Positions 8,902 to 20,431 of a DNA stretch of 64,000 bases are shown piece by piece. The DNA is from an uncultured bacterium (GTDB lineage: Bacteria; Bacillota_I; Bacilli_A; RFN20; CAG-826): NCBI GenBank assembly GCA_949297445.1, contig CASFSS010000018.1, positions 291,884 through 355,883 of the forward strand. The letters run 5' to 3'. The notes beneath the pieces are model-generated. The model had not been told where the DNA came from. It searched no databases and worked only from the letters and a program-made list of their open reading frames with translations. The translations under genes and the position numbers were made by a program. Each line of letters begins with the position of its first letter. Within the stretch, counting starts at the first letter, position 1.

Positions 8902-11487
8902 ATGAAAAAAACATTGTCTTTGGCCTTTGCGTTTCTTTTGTCATTGTCGCTTGTAGGTTGCAATCAAAGCGGTGAAGGAGGAGACGATGGCACATATCCT
9001 AAATACGATGAAGATGCGGTCGTATTTCATTATCAAAGAACCGATGGTAACTATGATGCTTGGGCGCTTTGGATTTGGCGAGTAGGCGCTGATGGGGCTG
9101 AATATCAATTTAATGGTACTGACTCGTTTGGAGCGGTGGCTGCCTATCCACTTTCAACCTTTGGAGATACGACAGTTGATGATGGTTTAGGCTTTATTGT
9201 AAAAAGTAAAGGCGACTGGTCGGCTAAAGATGTTGATAGCGATCGTTTTGTGGAATTCGAAAAATTCACTAAAGATGATGAAGGCATGTATCATGTCTAT
9301 TTGTGTCAAGGCGATGCCAACATTTATGCTGATAGTACGCTAACTATTATTGATAGTATTGAGACAGCTAAGTTTACTTCTTATGTAGAGATAGAGATTA
9401 AAACTAGCAATCCCTTTACTAGTTATAAATTATATGAAAATGATGCAGTTATTGCCGAAGCCAATGTCGATGCAACAAGTAGTTTAAAAATTACTTTACC
9501 GGGTGGCAAAGAGGCATCATTTGATAACGCTTATCGCATTGAAGTTACTTTCAAGGATTCGGGTGAAACGTTATCTAGCGTTATTAGCGTCAGCTCCCTA
9601 TATTCAACTGACGAATTTTCAGAATCCTATAATTATGATGGCGAATTAGGTGCTATTTATAGTAAAGGTTCAACAACATTCCGCGTTTGGTCACCTGTCT
9701 CAACAAAAATTACCTTAAAAATTTACGATAACGGCACGCCAACTTCGCTCGACCCGATTAATGGTAGCGATGTGGCCACCACTTATGAAATGAGCAAGGG
9801 CGAAAAAGGTGTTTTCGAAAAGACTGTTTCGGGTGATTTATCCGGCAAATATTATACTTTTGTGGTAACAAACGCCACATATAGTGAAAAAGAAGTAGTG
9901 GATCCATATGCCTATTCGACCGGTGTCAACGGTTTGCGTGGTATGGTGGTGGATTTTGATAGTACAGATCCTGCAGGTTGGGATGAAATCTCACCTCATC
10001 CATACGATCGTAAAGAACTTACGGTTTATGAGACACACATTTCCGATATAACTAGTAGTGACACGTGGGGTGGCACACCTGCAAACGCCAAAATCTTTAA
10101 AGGTGCTTACGAAACCGGCACAACATATACAAAAGGTGGCGTTACAGTCAAAACTGGTTTTGACCATATCAAAGAGCTTGGTGTGAATGCTGTCCAAATC
10201 ATTCCGATTTTTGACCAATATAATGATGAAACAAATATGACCTTCAACTGGGGTTATAATCCAGTGAACTATAATACTTTAGAGGGTGGCTATTCTTCCA
10301 ATCCATACGATGGATATACGCGCATCAAAGAATTTAAAGAATTGGTGATGGCCTATAACAAGGCTGGAATCAATATTATTATGGATGTTGTTTATAACCA
10401 TGTTAATGGAGCGGCCGGTTCACAATTTGATGTCTTAATGCCGGGTTATTATTTCCGTTATATGGCTAATGGTTCTTTGTCAAATGGTTCTGGCTGTGGT
10501 AATGAAACCGCTAGTGAAATGTATATGTATCGTAAATTCATGATTGATTCAACAGAATTTTGGGCTAGCGAATATAAACTTGGTGGCTTCCGCTTCGATT
10601 TGATGGGTTTGCACGATATCACGACAATGAATCAAATTGTTAACAATTTATATAAACTTAATAGTTCAATTTGTGTTTATGGTGAACCATGGACCGGCGG
10701 CACAACGACATTAGCGTCCTCTTTGCAAGCGATTCAAGCAAACGCAACTCGTTTCGTAGGCTTTGGTCAATTTAACGATAATGGTCGTGATGGTTTAATT
10801 AAGGGCGGATTAAGTGCCGCGAGCGAAAAAGGCTGGGTTACAAATAATACTAGTTCTTCCGGTGATTGGGGCCGCGTAAAATTGATGATTCAAGGTTCTA
10901 CCAACGCTTTGATTACCGATCCAAATAAAACAACGAACTATGCGACATGTCACGATAATTATACTTTGTATGACCGCATCAAAGCGGCGGGTATAAGCGA
11001 TGAAACAGTTGTTAAAAAGATGGCTATGTTGGCCAATTCGGTCGTTTTAACTTCGCAGGCAACTTCCTTCTTCTTGGCCGGCGAAGAATTCCTTCGCACA
11101 AAAGGTGGCAACTCGAATTCTTACAATGCGAGCTATGAAGTGAATGAGCTAGATTACGAATTGAAAGTTGATAATTATGATATGTTCCAAAATTATCAAA
11201 AGTTGATTTCGTTTAAGCAAAATGTTACTGGTTTGCATTTAAATTATCCCGAAAACACTCAGCTGGTAGTTAACAATAACGATAATAATTCAACCTTTGA
11301 ATATACCGTTTATGACAAGACGACTGGCCGTGAATGTTTAATTATCCATTCTAATGGCTATCAAGCTCAACGCATCACGAAGGATTTGAGTGGATATTCA
11401 TTATATTTAAGCACTATTGATCAAAATAAAACTTTATCTAGTGCGACATTAATTGAGCCGTATGAAACAATTATTTGTTACAAATAA
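8902..11487 (+). CDS. pulA: Type I pullulanase lipoprotein (CBM41-like, CBM48-like and GH13 domains)
   Basis: Lipobox LVGC; HYQRTDGNYDAWALWIW (CBM41-like); TFRVWSP (CBM48-like); FNWGYNP, GFRFDLMG, YGEPW, CHDN. Confidence 0.92.
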   Translation: MKKTLSLAFAFLLSLSLVGCNQSGEGGDDGTYPKYDEDAVVFHYQRTDGNYDAWALWIWRVGADGAEYQFNGTDSFGAVAAYPLSTFGDTTVDDGLGFIVKSKGDWSAKDVDSDRFVEFEKFTKDDEGMYHVYLCQGDANIYADSTLTIIDSIETAKFTSYVEIEIKTSNPFTSYKLYENDAVIAEANVDATSSLKITLPGGKEASFDNAYRIEVTFKDSGETLSSVISVSSLYSTDEFSESYNYDGELGAIYSKGSTTFRVWSPVSTKITLKIYDNGTPTSLDPINGSDVATTYEMSKGEKGVFEKTVSGDLSGKYYTFVVTNATYSEKEVVDPYAYSTGVNGLRGMVVDFDSTDPAGWDEISPHPYDRKELTVYETHISDITSSDTWGGTPANAKIFKGAYETGTTYTKGGVTVKTGFDHIKELGVNAVQIIPIFDQYNDETNMTFNWGYNPVNYNTLEGGYSSNPYDGYTRIKEFKELVMAYNKAGINIIMDVVYNHVNGAAGSQFDVLMPGYYFRYMANGSLSNGSGCGNETASEMYMYRKFMIDSTEFWASEYKLGGFRFDLMGLHDITTMNQIVNNLYKLNSSICVYGEPWTGGTTTLASSLQAIQANATRFVGFGQFNDNGRDGLIKGGLSAASEKGWVTNNTSSSGDWGRVKLMIQGSTNALITDPNKTTNYATCHDNYTLYDRIKAAGISDETVVKKMAMLANSVVLTSQATSFFLAGEEFLRTKGGNSNSYNASYEVNELDYELKVDNYDMFQNYQKLISFKQNVTGLHLNYPENTQLVVNNNDNNSTFEYTVYDKTTGRECLIIHSNGYQAQRITKDLSGYSLYLSTIDQNKTLSSATLIEPYETIICYK

Positions 11488-11529
11488 TTTAATCTAGGCA
11501 AAATAAATTTAATATTTTAAAATAAGGCG

Positions 11530-12270
11530 ATGAAAAGCAAAGGTTTATTATCTTTCTTACTAGTCGCCTTTTTAACTTCTTGCGGGCGCAATATAGATGG
11601 TCCGTTAAAAGAATATGTTCTAAATTTCAATTACACGAATGGAATAGCGGAAATAAAAAGCGGAACCGTCGTCTATAGTATTGAGGGCTATGATAGTTCT
11701 GACGTCATGACGACTAAAACAATTTCTACCACAACATTTTATACATATGTTGAAAACAATTTAGAACAATATTTTATTCGCACTTACGTTGAATATTCTT
11801 TGGCGGCCATAAATGATGGCGTAGTCTCGACAATGTCGGATTTAAGATACGACCAAACGACCGGTACTTATATAAACCGCCAGTATCAAAATGGTGTTTA
11901 TCAAAAAGAGAGCACTTACTCGTCTAGCGAGGTCTACGATTCATACATCGGCTTATTTTATACCAGCGATGTTGCATCAATGAAAAGTGGTGGCATTTAT
12001 TATGGTGACACCATTGTTACGCGATTAAATACACTAGAAGATGCTTACTATAAAATCGATGAAGATAATAACTTATGGATTTATTCGACAGTCGAAAATT
12101 ATGAAGGATATTTTCATGAGCAATATCTTCATGTAAATCAGTATGGTTTTTTATTAAGCTTTAGTTGGCTGATGCGCGAAATTGAAAGTGGTATATATGG
12201 ATATGAAAAATATGATGTTACTTATAACAATATCGATAGTTTACCACCCTTGCCATCCGATGAAGCTTAA
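11530..12270 (+). CDS. Hypothetical lipoprotein
   Basis: Lipobox LTSC; 246-aa ORF; candidate promoter TAGGCA-17-TAAAAT just upstream. Confidence 0.7.
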   Translation: MKSKGLLSFLLVAFLTSCGRNIDGPLKEYVLNFNYTNGIAEIKSGTVVYSIEGYDSSDVMTTKTISTTTFYTYVENNLEQYFIRTYVEYSLAAINDGVVSTMSDLRYDQTTGTYINRQYQNGVYQKESTYSSSEVYDSYIGLFYTSDVASMKSGGIYYGDTIVTRLNTLEDAYYKIDEDNNLWIYSTVENYEGYFHEQYLHVNQYGFLLSFSWLMREIESGIYGYEKYDVTYNNIDSLPPLPSDEA

Positions 12271-12755
12271 TTGATTTTTAAGAAAATATTTTCTCGATAA
12301 AAGAGCATTACATAAAGAAGTAAATAAAAACAATCAACCAGGCAAAGAAGCCCGACAAAAAGGGCAAATAACCCATCGGTGTAGGTATATCCGCTTGTGA
12401 GACTAGTGGGAATTACGTTTGCTAGAAGGAGTATTCCTAAAATAGCAATGCCTAGAAATAAGAAAAAACCAATGCTTGCTAAGACGACCGATACGACGCG
12501 AACTTTTTTTGTGTCGCTATGAAAAGCCAATTGATCAATGATTAAAGTGCCTCGCTTAAAGGATTTCGCGATTATTACTATTTCGCTGATTACAAAAAGA
12601 AGTCCAAAAATCATCGCCATCATATAGACGAGAATAAACGTTTGGTCTTCTGCCGTTTCGAAATTCAAAAAGCAACTAATAAAAGTAATGATGCCTAAAA
12701 TGGCTATTAACGATTGAACAATTAAGAATGATATGCGGTATATAAGTAGTTTCAT
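12267..12755 (-). CDS. Hypothetical membrane protein (about 4 TM)
   Basis: Four hydrophobic segments; convergent 4-nt overlap with upstream lipoprotein gene. Confidence 0.7.
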   Translation of the reverse strand: MKLLIYRISFLIVQSLIAILGIITFISCFLNFETAEDQTFILVYMMAMIFGLLFVISEIVIIAKSFKRGTLIIDQLAFHSDTKKVRVVSVVLASIGFFLFLGIAILGILLLANVIPTSLTSGYTYTDGLFALFVGLLCLVDCFYLLLYVMLFYRENIFLKIN

Positions 12756-12852
12756 TGTCTAAATTATATAATAAATTATTCTATTATCGAGAAATTTTCA
12801 GCAATTCATTAAATATTTTTAATATTTATATGTTGTTTGTTATAATATAAAC

Positions 12853-14592
12853 ATGAATAAACAAGCTTTGTACCACATTTGTGAATCGGAATATAGTTTT
12901 CCGCTTGATGAAAAAAAATTAAAATTGCGTTTTCGAACGATGCGCGACGATGACATCGCTAGCATTGATGTTTTTTGGAATGTTTCGTTTCGAATTTATA
13001 AAGAACAAAAAATAACTCCGATGGCGCTTGAATGCGTCGATGATTTATTCGCGTATTATACGGCGACAATTGAAGCGGATATACCCGCCTATTCATATGT
13101 TTTTCGCCTCACTTTGCAAAGTGGAAAAATATATTTTTATTCAGAAAGAGGCTTATCCCATCTCTATGACTTTGCCTTCGCGCATATCGATTCTTTTAGA
13201 ATGGGATTCATCAACAAAAACGATATTATCCTTGAAAACGAAGCTTTTAAAGGCGCCGTTTTTTATCAAATATTTCCTGAACGCTTTTGCTCGCTAGATA
13301 AAAATATTGATAAATCGCACGTAAATCGTCCTTGGGACACTTTAGATTTAAAAAGCCAAAGAAGCGATGTAATTCAAGATGTGTTTATCGGCGGTGATTT
13401 AAAAGGCATTATAAGCAAACTTGAATACTTAAAAGATTTAGGTGTCGATGCGATATATATGACGCCAATCACCAAGGGTGACACCAACCATAAATACGAT
13501 GTGGTGGATTATTATAATGTCGATAAAATGTTTGGCACAAATGAGGATTTGTTAAATCTCGTCGATGCCGCTCATAAACTCCAAATGAAAGTTGTTCTTG
13601 ACCTCGTTTTCAATCACTCTTCGATGCGCCACGAAATGTTTCAAGATGTGATTAAACGGGGAAAAAATAGTCCTTATTACAATTTTTATTTTGTCGATGG
13701 TGATAAACCGACACGCGAGCCACTTAACTACTATTGTTTTGCGGCAGTTTGGGGCATGCCTAAATTAAATTCCAATAATTATGATGAGCAAGCCTATTTT
13801 GTCGATGTGGGCAAGCATTTTATTCAAAAATACAATATCGATGGCTATCGCCTTGATGTCGCCAACGAAGTTTCGCATGATTTTTGGATTAATTTTAAGC
13901 GGGAATTATTAAAAATTAAACCAAATATTATTCTTATTGGCGAATGTTGGTATAATTCGCATGCTTATTTAAGGGCAAATGAATTTGAAAGTGTAATGAA
14001 TTACCCTTTTCTCAACGCTTGTGTTGATTATTTTGTGACACGGCGTTATGACGCGGAAAAATTCGCCGAGCGATTAAATAATTTATTAATGCGTTATCAA
14101 GATAATTCTAATCGTATGATGTTAAACTTACTTGATAGTCACGATGTCGAACGCTTCTATGACCGTGTGGCGCCTAATAAAGATTTATATTTTCTTGCCG
14201 TCGTTACGTTGATTATGTATGTGGGTTGGCCGATGATTTATTATGGCGATGAAATTTTCATGAAAGGTGGACCAGATCCACACAACCGAAAAGGAATGGA
14301 ATGGATTAGCCATGAATATGCCAGTTACGATTATCAGCTATTTCGCCGAATACTTCACTTAAGAAAAGATAAACTTGTTCGCGAGGGTGATATTAAGATT
14401 ACCAATGTCGGTTCATTGTTTTCTTTGAGTAGATACATTGGTGATGAAAGAATCGTTTTATTGATTAATAATTCCGATAGTCCTCTTTCTTATGAAGTGC
14501 CAAATAAAGAAATCGTTTTAAGCAATGGGTACAATGCTGGAACTTTCAAAGATTATTCCTTTGTAATCTACAAAACATCGAAAAATAAATAA
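12853..14592 (+). CDS. Cytoplasmic neopullulanase/cyclomaltodextrinase (GH13)
   Basis: N-terminal domain, FYQIFPERF, GGDLKGI, DGYRLDVANE, IGECW, LDSHD; no signal peptide. Confidence 0.9.
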   Translation: MNKQALYHICESEYSFPLDEKKLKLRFRTMRDDDIASIDVFWNVSFRIYKEQKITPMALECVDDLFAYYTATIEADIPAYSYVFRLTLQSGKIYFYSERGLSHLYDFAFAHIDSFRMGFINKNDIILENEAFKGAVFYQIFPERFCSLDKNIDKSHVNRPWDTLDLKSQRSDVIQDVFIGGDLKGIISKLEYLKDLGVDAIYMTPITKGDTNHKYDVVDYYNVDKMFGTNEDLLNLVDAAHKLQMKVVLDLVFNHSSMRHEMFQDVIKRGKNSPYYNFYFVDGDKPTREPLNYYCFAAVWGMPKLNSNNYDEQAYFVDVGKHFIQKYNIDGYRLDVANEVSHDFWINFKRELLKIKPNIILIGECWYNSHAYLRANEFESVMNYPFLNACVDYFVTRRYDAEKFAERLNNLLMRYQDNSNRMMLNLLDSHDVERFYDRVAPNKDLYFLAVVTLIMYVGWPMIYYGDEIFMKGGPDPHNRKGMEWISHEYASYDYQLFRRILHLRKDKLVREGDIKITNVGSLFSLSRYIGDERIVLLINNSDSPLSYEVPNKEIVLSNGYNAGTFKDYSFVIYKTSKNK

Positions 14593-14792
14593 AAAAAGCC
14601 GCAAAAAGCCTATATTAATGTTGAAAAACAAATATTTTTAGTAAATTAAGATGCATTTATAATGGTAGAAATAGCTGTTATATTTATCGATGATTTTAAT
14701 GTCAATGGCTTTAAGAAATTTTTCTAATTAAAAATAATGTTTCTAAAAATATGATGAATTTAATAAAAAAATTTGTTATGTTAAATAGGTAA

Positions 14793-15113
14793 ATGAGTAA
14801 CTTAGAAGAAGCTTATTTTATCCAAGAAAAAATAAACAAAAATATTATTTTAAGGCACCGTCTTTATGCAATTATGTTGCCTCTTCTTATCGTTGGAGCA
14901 TTGCTTGCTTCTATTTTAATGTCGGTTTATTTTCTTCGTGGCGATTATCCGGTTATTTATTTGGTGTTTGCCATCGTAGGTATCGTCCTTTTTGCTGGTG
15001 GATTTTCGCTTGGAGTTTACGTGGCAATTTTAGGTACTAAAAACGATAAATTAAAAGCTCAACGCAGCATTATAGTTAGCGAGTTAGAAAAGGAAAGGTT
15101 ACGCTCTTTATAA
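14793..15113 (+). CDS. Hypothetical 2-TM membrane protein
   Basis: Two hydrophobic helices; 1-nt gap to galK. Confidence 0.65.
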   Translation: MSNLEEAYFIQEKINKNIILRHRLYAIMLPLLIVGALLASILMSVYFLRGDYPVIYLVFAIVGIVLFAGGFSLGVYVAILGTKNDKLKAQRSIIVSELEKERLRSL

Positions 15114-15114
15114 T

Positions 15115-16278
15115 ATGTATAATGTTTCCGATAAAGAATTTATAAAAATATTTAATAAAAAACCTGAACATCATTTTGAGACGGGTGGTCGTTTCGAAAT
15201 ATTAGGCAATCATACCGACCACAATCATGGTTTATGTATTGTTGGATGCTGTTCTTTAAAAATCTACGCCTCGGTTTCGCTTCGCGAGGATTCGTATATC
15301 AATATTATTTCAATCAACACGGGACGTTTTTCTTTTTCTACCGATGATATTCGTGTCTCTTATGATGAATATGGCACCTCGGTAGGAATGGCTAAAGGTG
15401 TTTGCGTATATTTGAAAGAAAGAGGCTATAAGCTTGGTGGTTTTAATGCGGTCTTTTCTAGCACTATTCCTGTCGGTGCAGGCGTATCAAGCAGCGCGGC
15501 TTTTCAGATGATAATTGCGACGATAATTAATTGTCTCTTTAATGATGGTAAGATTGATAAAATCATCATGGCAAAGGCCGGGCAATACGCTGAAAATCGT
15601 TATTTTTTAAAGGCATCTGGCTTGCTTGATCAAATTGGTGTTTCTTATGGTGGTATTAACGCTTTAGATTTTAAAAATATCGAAAATCCCAATGTCTATC
15701 ATTTTTCTAAACAGTTAGAAGGCATTCATTATGTCTTAATTTCTTCCGGTGGATCGCATTCCGATTTAAGCGATTTATATAGCGCCATTCCTGGCGATAT
15801 GAAAAAGGTTGCTAATGCTCTTGGCGTCAATTATTTGCGCGAGGCTTCTTTGCGTGACTTGCATGATTTTGTCACCACTCACCCCGGTGTTTTAAAAAGG
15901 AACGAGGTGGAGAGAGCCGTTCATTTTTATCGTGAAAATAATCGAGTTAAAAAAGCTATTAAGGCTCTAAAAGAAGATAACTTGCAAACCTTCCTTCGCT
16001 TAATTAACGAGTCGCAAGATTCTTCCGCGAAGTTATTAAAAAATATGATGGTTGCTGACCATTATGAAGATTCGCCTCAAGAAGTAGTGGATTATGTTCG
16101 TCAATACATCGGAGATGGCGCATGCAAAATTAATGGTGGAGGGTTTGCTGGAACAATAATTTGTCTTGTTCACGACAAGGATTTTCCGTTTTTCATGGAA
16201 AAAATGAAAGAAAAATACGGTAATAAATTTTTGCTAGAAATTGAATTAAATTTAGACGGTGCAGTTATGCGCGATTAA
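15115..16278 (+). CDS. galK: Galactokinase family (GHMP) kinase
   Basis: GRFEILGNHTDHN, PVGAGVSSSAA, SGLLDQ, GGGFAG motifs. Confidence 0.8.
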   Translation: MYNVSDKEFIKIFNKKPEHHFETGGRFEILGNHTDHNHGLCIVGCCSLKIYASVSLREDSYINIISINTGRFSFSTDDIRVSYDEYGTSVGMAKGVCVYLKERGYKLGGFNAVFSSTIPVGAGVSSSAAFQMIIATIINCLFNDGKIDKIIMAKAGQYAENRYFLKASGLLDQIGVSYGGINALDFKNIENPNVYHFSKQLEGIHYVLISSGGSHSDLSDLYSAIPGDMKKVANALGVNYLREASLRDLHDFVTTHPGVLKRNEVERAVHFYRENNRVKKAIKALKEDNLQTFLRLINESQDSSAKLLKNMMVADHYEDSPQEVVDYVRQYIGDGACKINGGGFAGTIICLVHDKDFPFFMEKMKEKYGNKFLLEIELNLDGAVMRD

Positions 16279-16994
16279 TTTATTAAATTAATAATATTAT
16301 CATGAATGACTAATGTTGCCATGTCATCGAAGGGCGTTTTATTTTTATTAACAATGATTATTGGTGCGTTTGTGTAATAAAGCAAAGAAGCTGCTGGATT
16401 AACGACAAGAGATGATCCTATTACAACCACTAAATCAGCATTACTAAGAGACGCGATAGCATTGGTTAAAGCGAATTGATCTAACGGTTCTTCGAATAAA
16501 ACAACCTCCGGTTTTAAAATTGAGTTACATTTTTGGCAGCGTGGAAGTCCATCGACAATGGTTAACTCATCAAGGGAATATTCTTCATGACAACTGGGGC
16601 AATGAAATTTTTTAGCATTTCCGTGCAACTCGATTACAATTTTTGAGCCAGCTTCCTTATGCAAATCGTCAATGTTTTGCGTTATGACATTCACAAAATG
16701 ATTTTTCTCTAATTCAGCAATGTATTTGTGTGCTTGGTTTGGCTTAGCATTTTTATGCAGCATTTCGTTAAAGAAATAGTCATAAAATATGTCGGGATGC
16801 TTGTTAAAAAATGTATGAGAAACAATCTCCTCATATGTATAACCATATTTTTTTAAAAGGTATTTTTCGTTTTCTAATTGTTTATCGCCGCGGATATCAT
16901 CGATGCCACTTGCCACTGAAATGCCCGCTCCAGTGAAAAAGACGATTTTTTTCGCATTATTAATGAGGGAATGGAACTTTTCTTTGTCGGTCAT
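16275..16994 (-). CDS. cobB: NAD-dependent protein deacylase, Sir2/CobB family
   Basis: FTGAGISVASGI, ITQNID, ELHG, two CxxC zinc knuckles, IGSSL. Confidence 0.88.
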   Translation of the reverse strand: MTDKEKFHSLINNAKKIVFFTGAGISVASGIDDIRGDKQLENEKYLLKKYGYTYEEIVSHTFFNKHPDIFYDYFFNEMLHKNAKPNQAHKYIAELEKNHFVNVITQNIDDLHKEAGSKIVIELHGNAKKFHCPSCHEEYSLDELTIVDGLPRCQKCNSILKPEVVLFEEPLDQFALTNAIASLSNADLVVVIGSSLVVNPAASLLYYTNAPIIIVNKNKTPFDDMATLVIHDNIINLIN

Positions 16995-17545
16995 TTATGT
17001 TCTTTCCCCTCACAAGCTTTTTCCACTTGGCCCACCAAATAATCTTTGTCTAAAACCTTTAAAATTGCATAGGCAAATTTAGCAAAATATTTCATCGATC
17101 TTGCCGTAACTATCTTGCCGTCTATTACGCATTCTTCGGCAGTAAAATGTCCATCAATTCCTTCGTTAAATCCAGCGTAGCAGGTGTACCTTTTGTCACG
17201 TAAATAGCCATATTTTCCTAAGATGGAAGGAGCGGCGCAAATAGCGGCTACAATCTTGTCCTTTTTAATAAAGTCTTCGATAATTAATCTAACCAATTTA
17301 GACTCACCTAGATTTTTAACGCCTAGTCCGCCTCCCGGTAGCACTAAAACATCAAAATCATCGGCATTGATATTCTCTAGATATGTATCAGCTTTAATTT
17401 TTATTTTAAAAGAGGAAATAACTTCAAGATTATCAGATATTGTAGCGGTTATGACTGCTTGACCGCTTCTAAGCAATAAATCACATGTTCCTAACGCTTC
17501 TACATCTTCAAAGCCATCGGCGAGTAATAGCAAAATTTTGTTCAT
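16991..17545 (-). CDS. DJ-1/PfpI (YajL-like) family protein
   Basis: GFEDVEA, LVLPGG, AAICAAP catalytic Cys; SD GGAGG. Confidence 0.9.
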   Translation of the reverse strand: MNKILLLLADGFEDVEALGTCDLLLRSGQAVITATISDNLEVISSFKIKIKADTYLENINADDFDVLVLPGGGLGVKNLGESKLVRLIIEDFIKKDKIVAAICAAPSILGKYGYLRDKRYTCYAGFNEGIDGHFTAEECVIDGKIVTARSMKYFAKFAYAILKVLDKDYLVGQVEKACEGKEHK

Positions 17546-17678
17546 AGAGATACCTCCAATTCTATTTTTTTATTTTATAACAATTGTCTAAAAAATGATA
17601 TTTTCTTGCTAGCAATGTAAATGTTTAGCAAATTGAATTTATAAGGTGTAAAATATCATTAACGAAAGGATATTTACT

Positions 17679-17816
17679 ATGGAAGAAAAGAAACTTAAAA
17701 CGTACCGTTGTAAAATTTGTGGCTTCGTTTATAAATGTGAAGAATTGCCTGAGGATTATGTTTGCCCAATTTGTGGCGCCCCGGCAAGCATGTTTGAAGA
17801 AGTAGAAGAAGAATAA
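17679..17816 (+). CDS. Short rubredoxin-like protein (45 aa), not in ORF track
   Basis: Manual translation MEEKKLKTYRCKICGFVYKCEELPEDYVCPICGAPASMFEEVEEE; two CxxCG motifs; SD AAAGGA. Confidence 0.88.
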   Translation: MEEKKLKTYRCKICGFVYKCEELPEDYVCPICGAPASMFEEVEEE

Positions 17817-17835
17817 GTAGATAGTATCATTATAT

Positions 17836-17878
17836 AAGCGCATAATTTATCTTTAAGATAAAAATTGCGCTTTTTTCT
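17836..17878 (+). terminator. Rho-independent terminator after rubredoxin
   Basis: AAGCGCA...TGCGCTT stem with inner TTTATC/GATAAA pairing, followed by T run. Confidence 0.65.
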
Positions 17879-17918
17879 TGCATATTAATGCCAGTTGGCA
17901 TATTATCAATATCGATAA

Positions 17919-19229
<1,311 letters not shown>

Positions 19230-19247
19230 AATTTGATTTATGCTATA

Positions 19248-19278
19248 AAAAAACTAGGACCAAAAATCCTAGTTTTTT
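19248..19278. terminator. Bidirectional terminator between eno and add
   Basis: AAAAAACTAGGA-CCAAAAA-TCCTAGTTTTTT. Confidence 0.8.
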
Positions 19279-19292
19279 AGTTTTGCTTATAA

Positions 19293-20291
19293 TTAATTCA
19301 AAGAATTAACGTAGTCAATTAATTGTTCTTTTTCTTCCTTGCTTAAAAATGCTCCATTAATAGAATTGAGAACAATTTGATAAATGTCCTCTTCGCTTAA
19401 TCCCATCTTTACAAGATTTAAATATTCGTCTTTTAATGTCACGTTGCTAACGGTGGGATCATCGGTATTAATGGTGACTAATACGCCAGCATTTAATAAA
19501 GGTTTAACAGGCACATCATTAATTGTTGGGAAAGCTTTTGTATCTACGTTGCTTGTTGGGCATACTTCTAAATAAATGCCTTCCATTCTTAGCGATGTCA
19601 TAGTGTCGATTGATTGAATTGCGTTGACACCGTGACCTATACGAAGAGGATGATAGCGTAACGCATAATCAATCGATTCATGACCTAACGATTCGCCTGA
19701 ATGAATAGTGAAGGGCAACGCTAATGCATTTATATATTCTAGCAAGCCATCAATCTTATCGTTTGGATATGTTTTTTCATCGCCAGCAATATCGACGGCT
19801 ACTACGCCTTTTCCTAAATATTTTTTCGCTAAGTCGCAAGTTAATAGATTTTGTTTATAACGATTGCCGCGCATTAAACACAAGATGAGATTTGCTTTTA
19901 GTCCGTATAATTCTCGCCCTTCTAAAAGTGCATCTAGGATTGTTAATATAACATCTTCTTGGCATAGTCCTCGATTTGTTGATAGCATCGGCGCCATTCG
20001 AATTTCGACGTATTTTAAACCCTGTTCACTCAAGCGCCTTAGCAAATCAAGTGTGCATTTTCTCAAGCCATTTTTTGTTTGCAAAACGCGGTTGGGAATA
20101 TCAAATTTTTTTAAATAATCAATCAAAGATGAACATGTTTCATCGACTTGGAGATATTTTTTCAATTCCTCCTCGTCATATGTTGGCAATAAAACATTTT
20201 CTTCAACTGCACATTCAATAATTTGTTTCGCAGATAAAGCGCCATCTAAATGAAGATGGAGGTCAACGATTGCGTATTTTGTAATATCCAT
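19293..20291 (-). CDS. add: Adenosine deaminase
   Basis: DLHLHLDG, HSGE, RIGHG, NTDDP motifs; start set at MDITK downstream of AAGGGG. Confidence 0.88.
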   Translation of the reverse strand: MDITKYAIVDLHLHLDGALSAKQIIECAVEENVLLPTYDEEELKKYLQVDETCSSLIDYLKKFDIPNRVLQTKNGLRKCTLDLLRRLSEQGLKYVEIRMAPMLSTNRGLCQEDVILTILDALLEGRELYGLKANLILCLMRGNRYKQNLLTCDLAKKYLGKGVVAVDIAGDEKTYPNDKIDGLLEYINALALPFTIHSGESLGHESIDYALRYHPLRIGHGVNAIQSIDTMTSLRMEGIYLEVCPTSNVDTKAFPTINDVPVKPLLNAGVLVTINTDDPTVSNVTLKDEYLNLVKMGLSEEDIYQIVLNSINGAFLSKEEKEQLIDYVNSLN

Positions 20292-20431
20292 AGTTTTGCC
20301 CCTTGTGAAAATATTATACAAAAATAGTATCAATATTCTCAATATATGAGAAAAAAACAAATTTCAATTCAAATTACTAGCCAATAAAAATAAAAATGAT
20401 AAAATACATTTTTTGAAAGAAGGTGTTTAGC

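Noticed and set aside
14593..14792. TAGAAATAGC resembling a guide-RNA scaffold fragment, or a riboswitch in this spacer
   Set aside because: Only a short match in AT-rich DNA; no cas genes, repeats or convincing fold
16275..16994. Sir2 protein as an anti-phage effector (Thoeris/DSR type)
   Set aside because: It has the zinc-binding CobB architecture and size of a housekeeping deacylase, with no defence partners nearby
17625..17843. 72-aa minus-strand ORF from the track
   Set aside because: Antisense shadow of the rubredoxin gene on the plus strand
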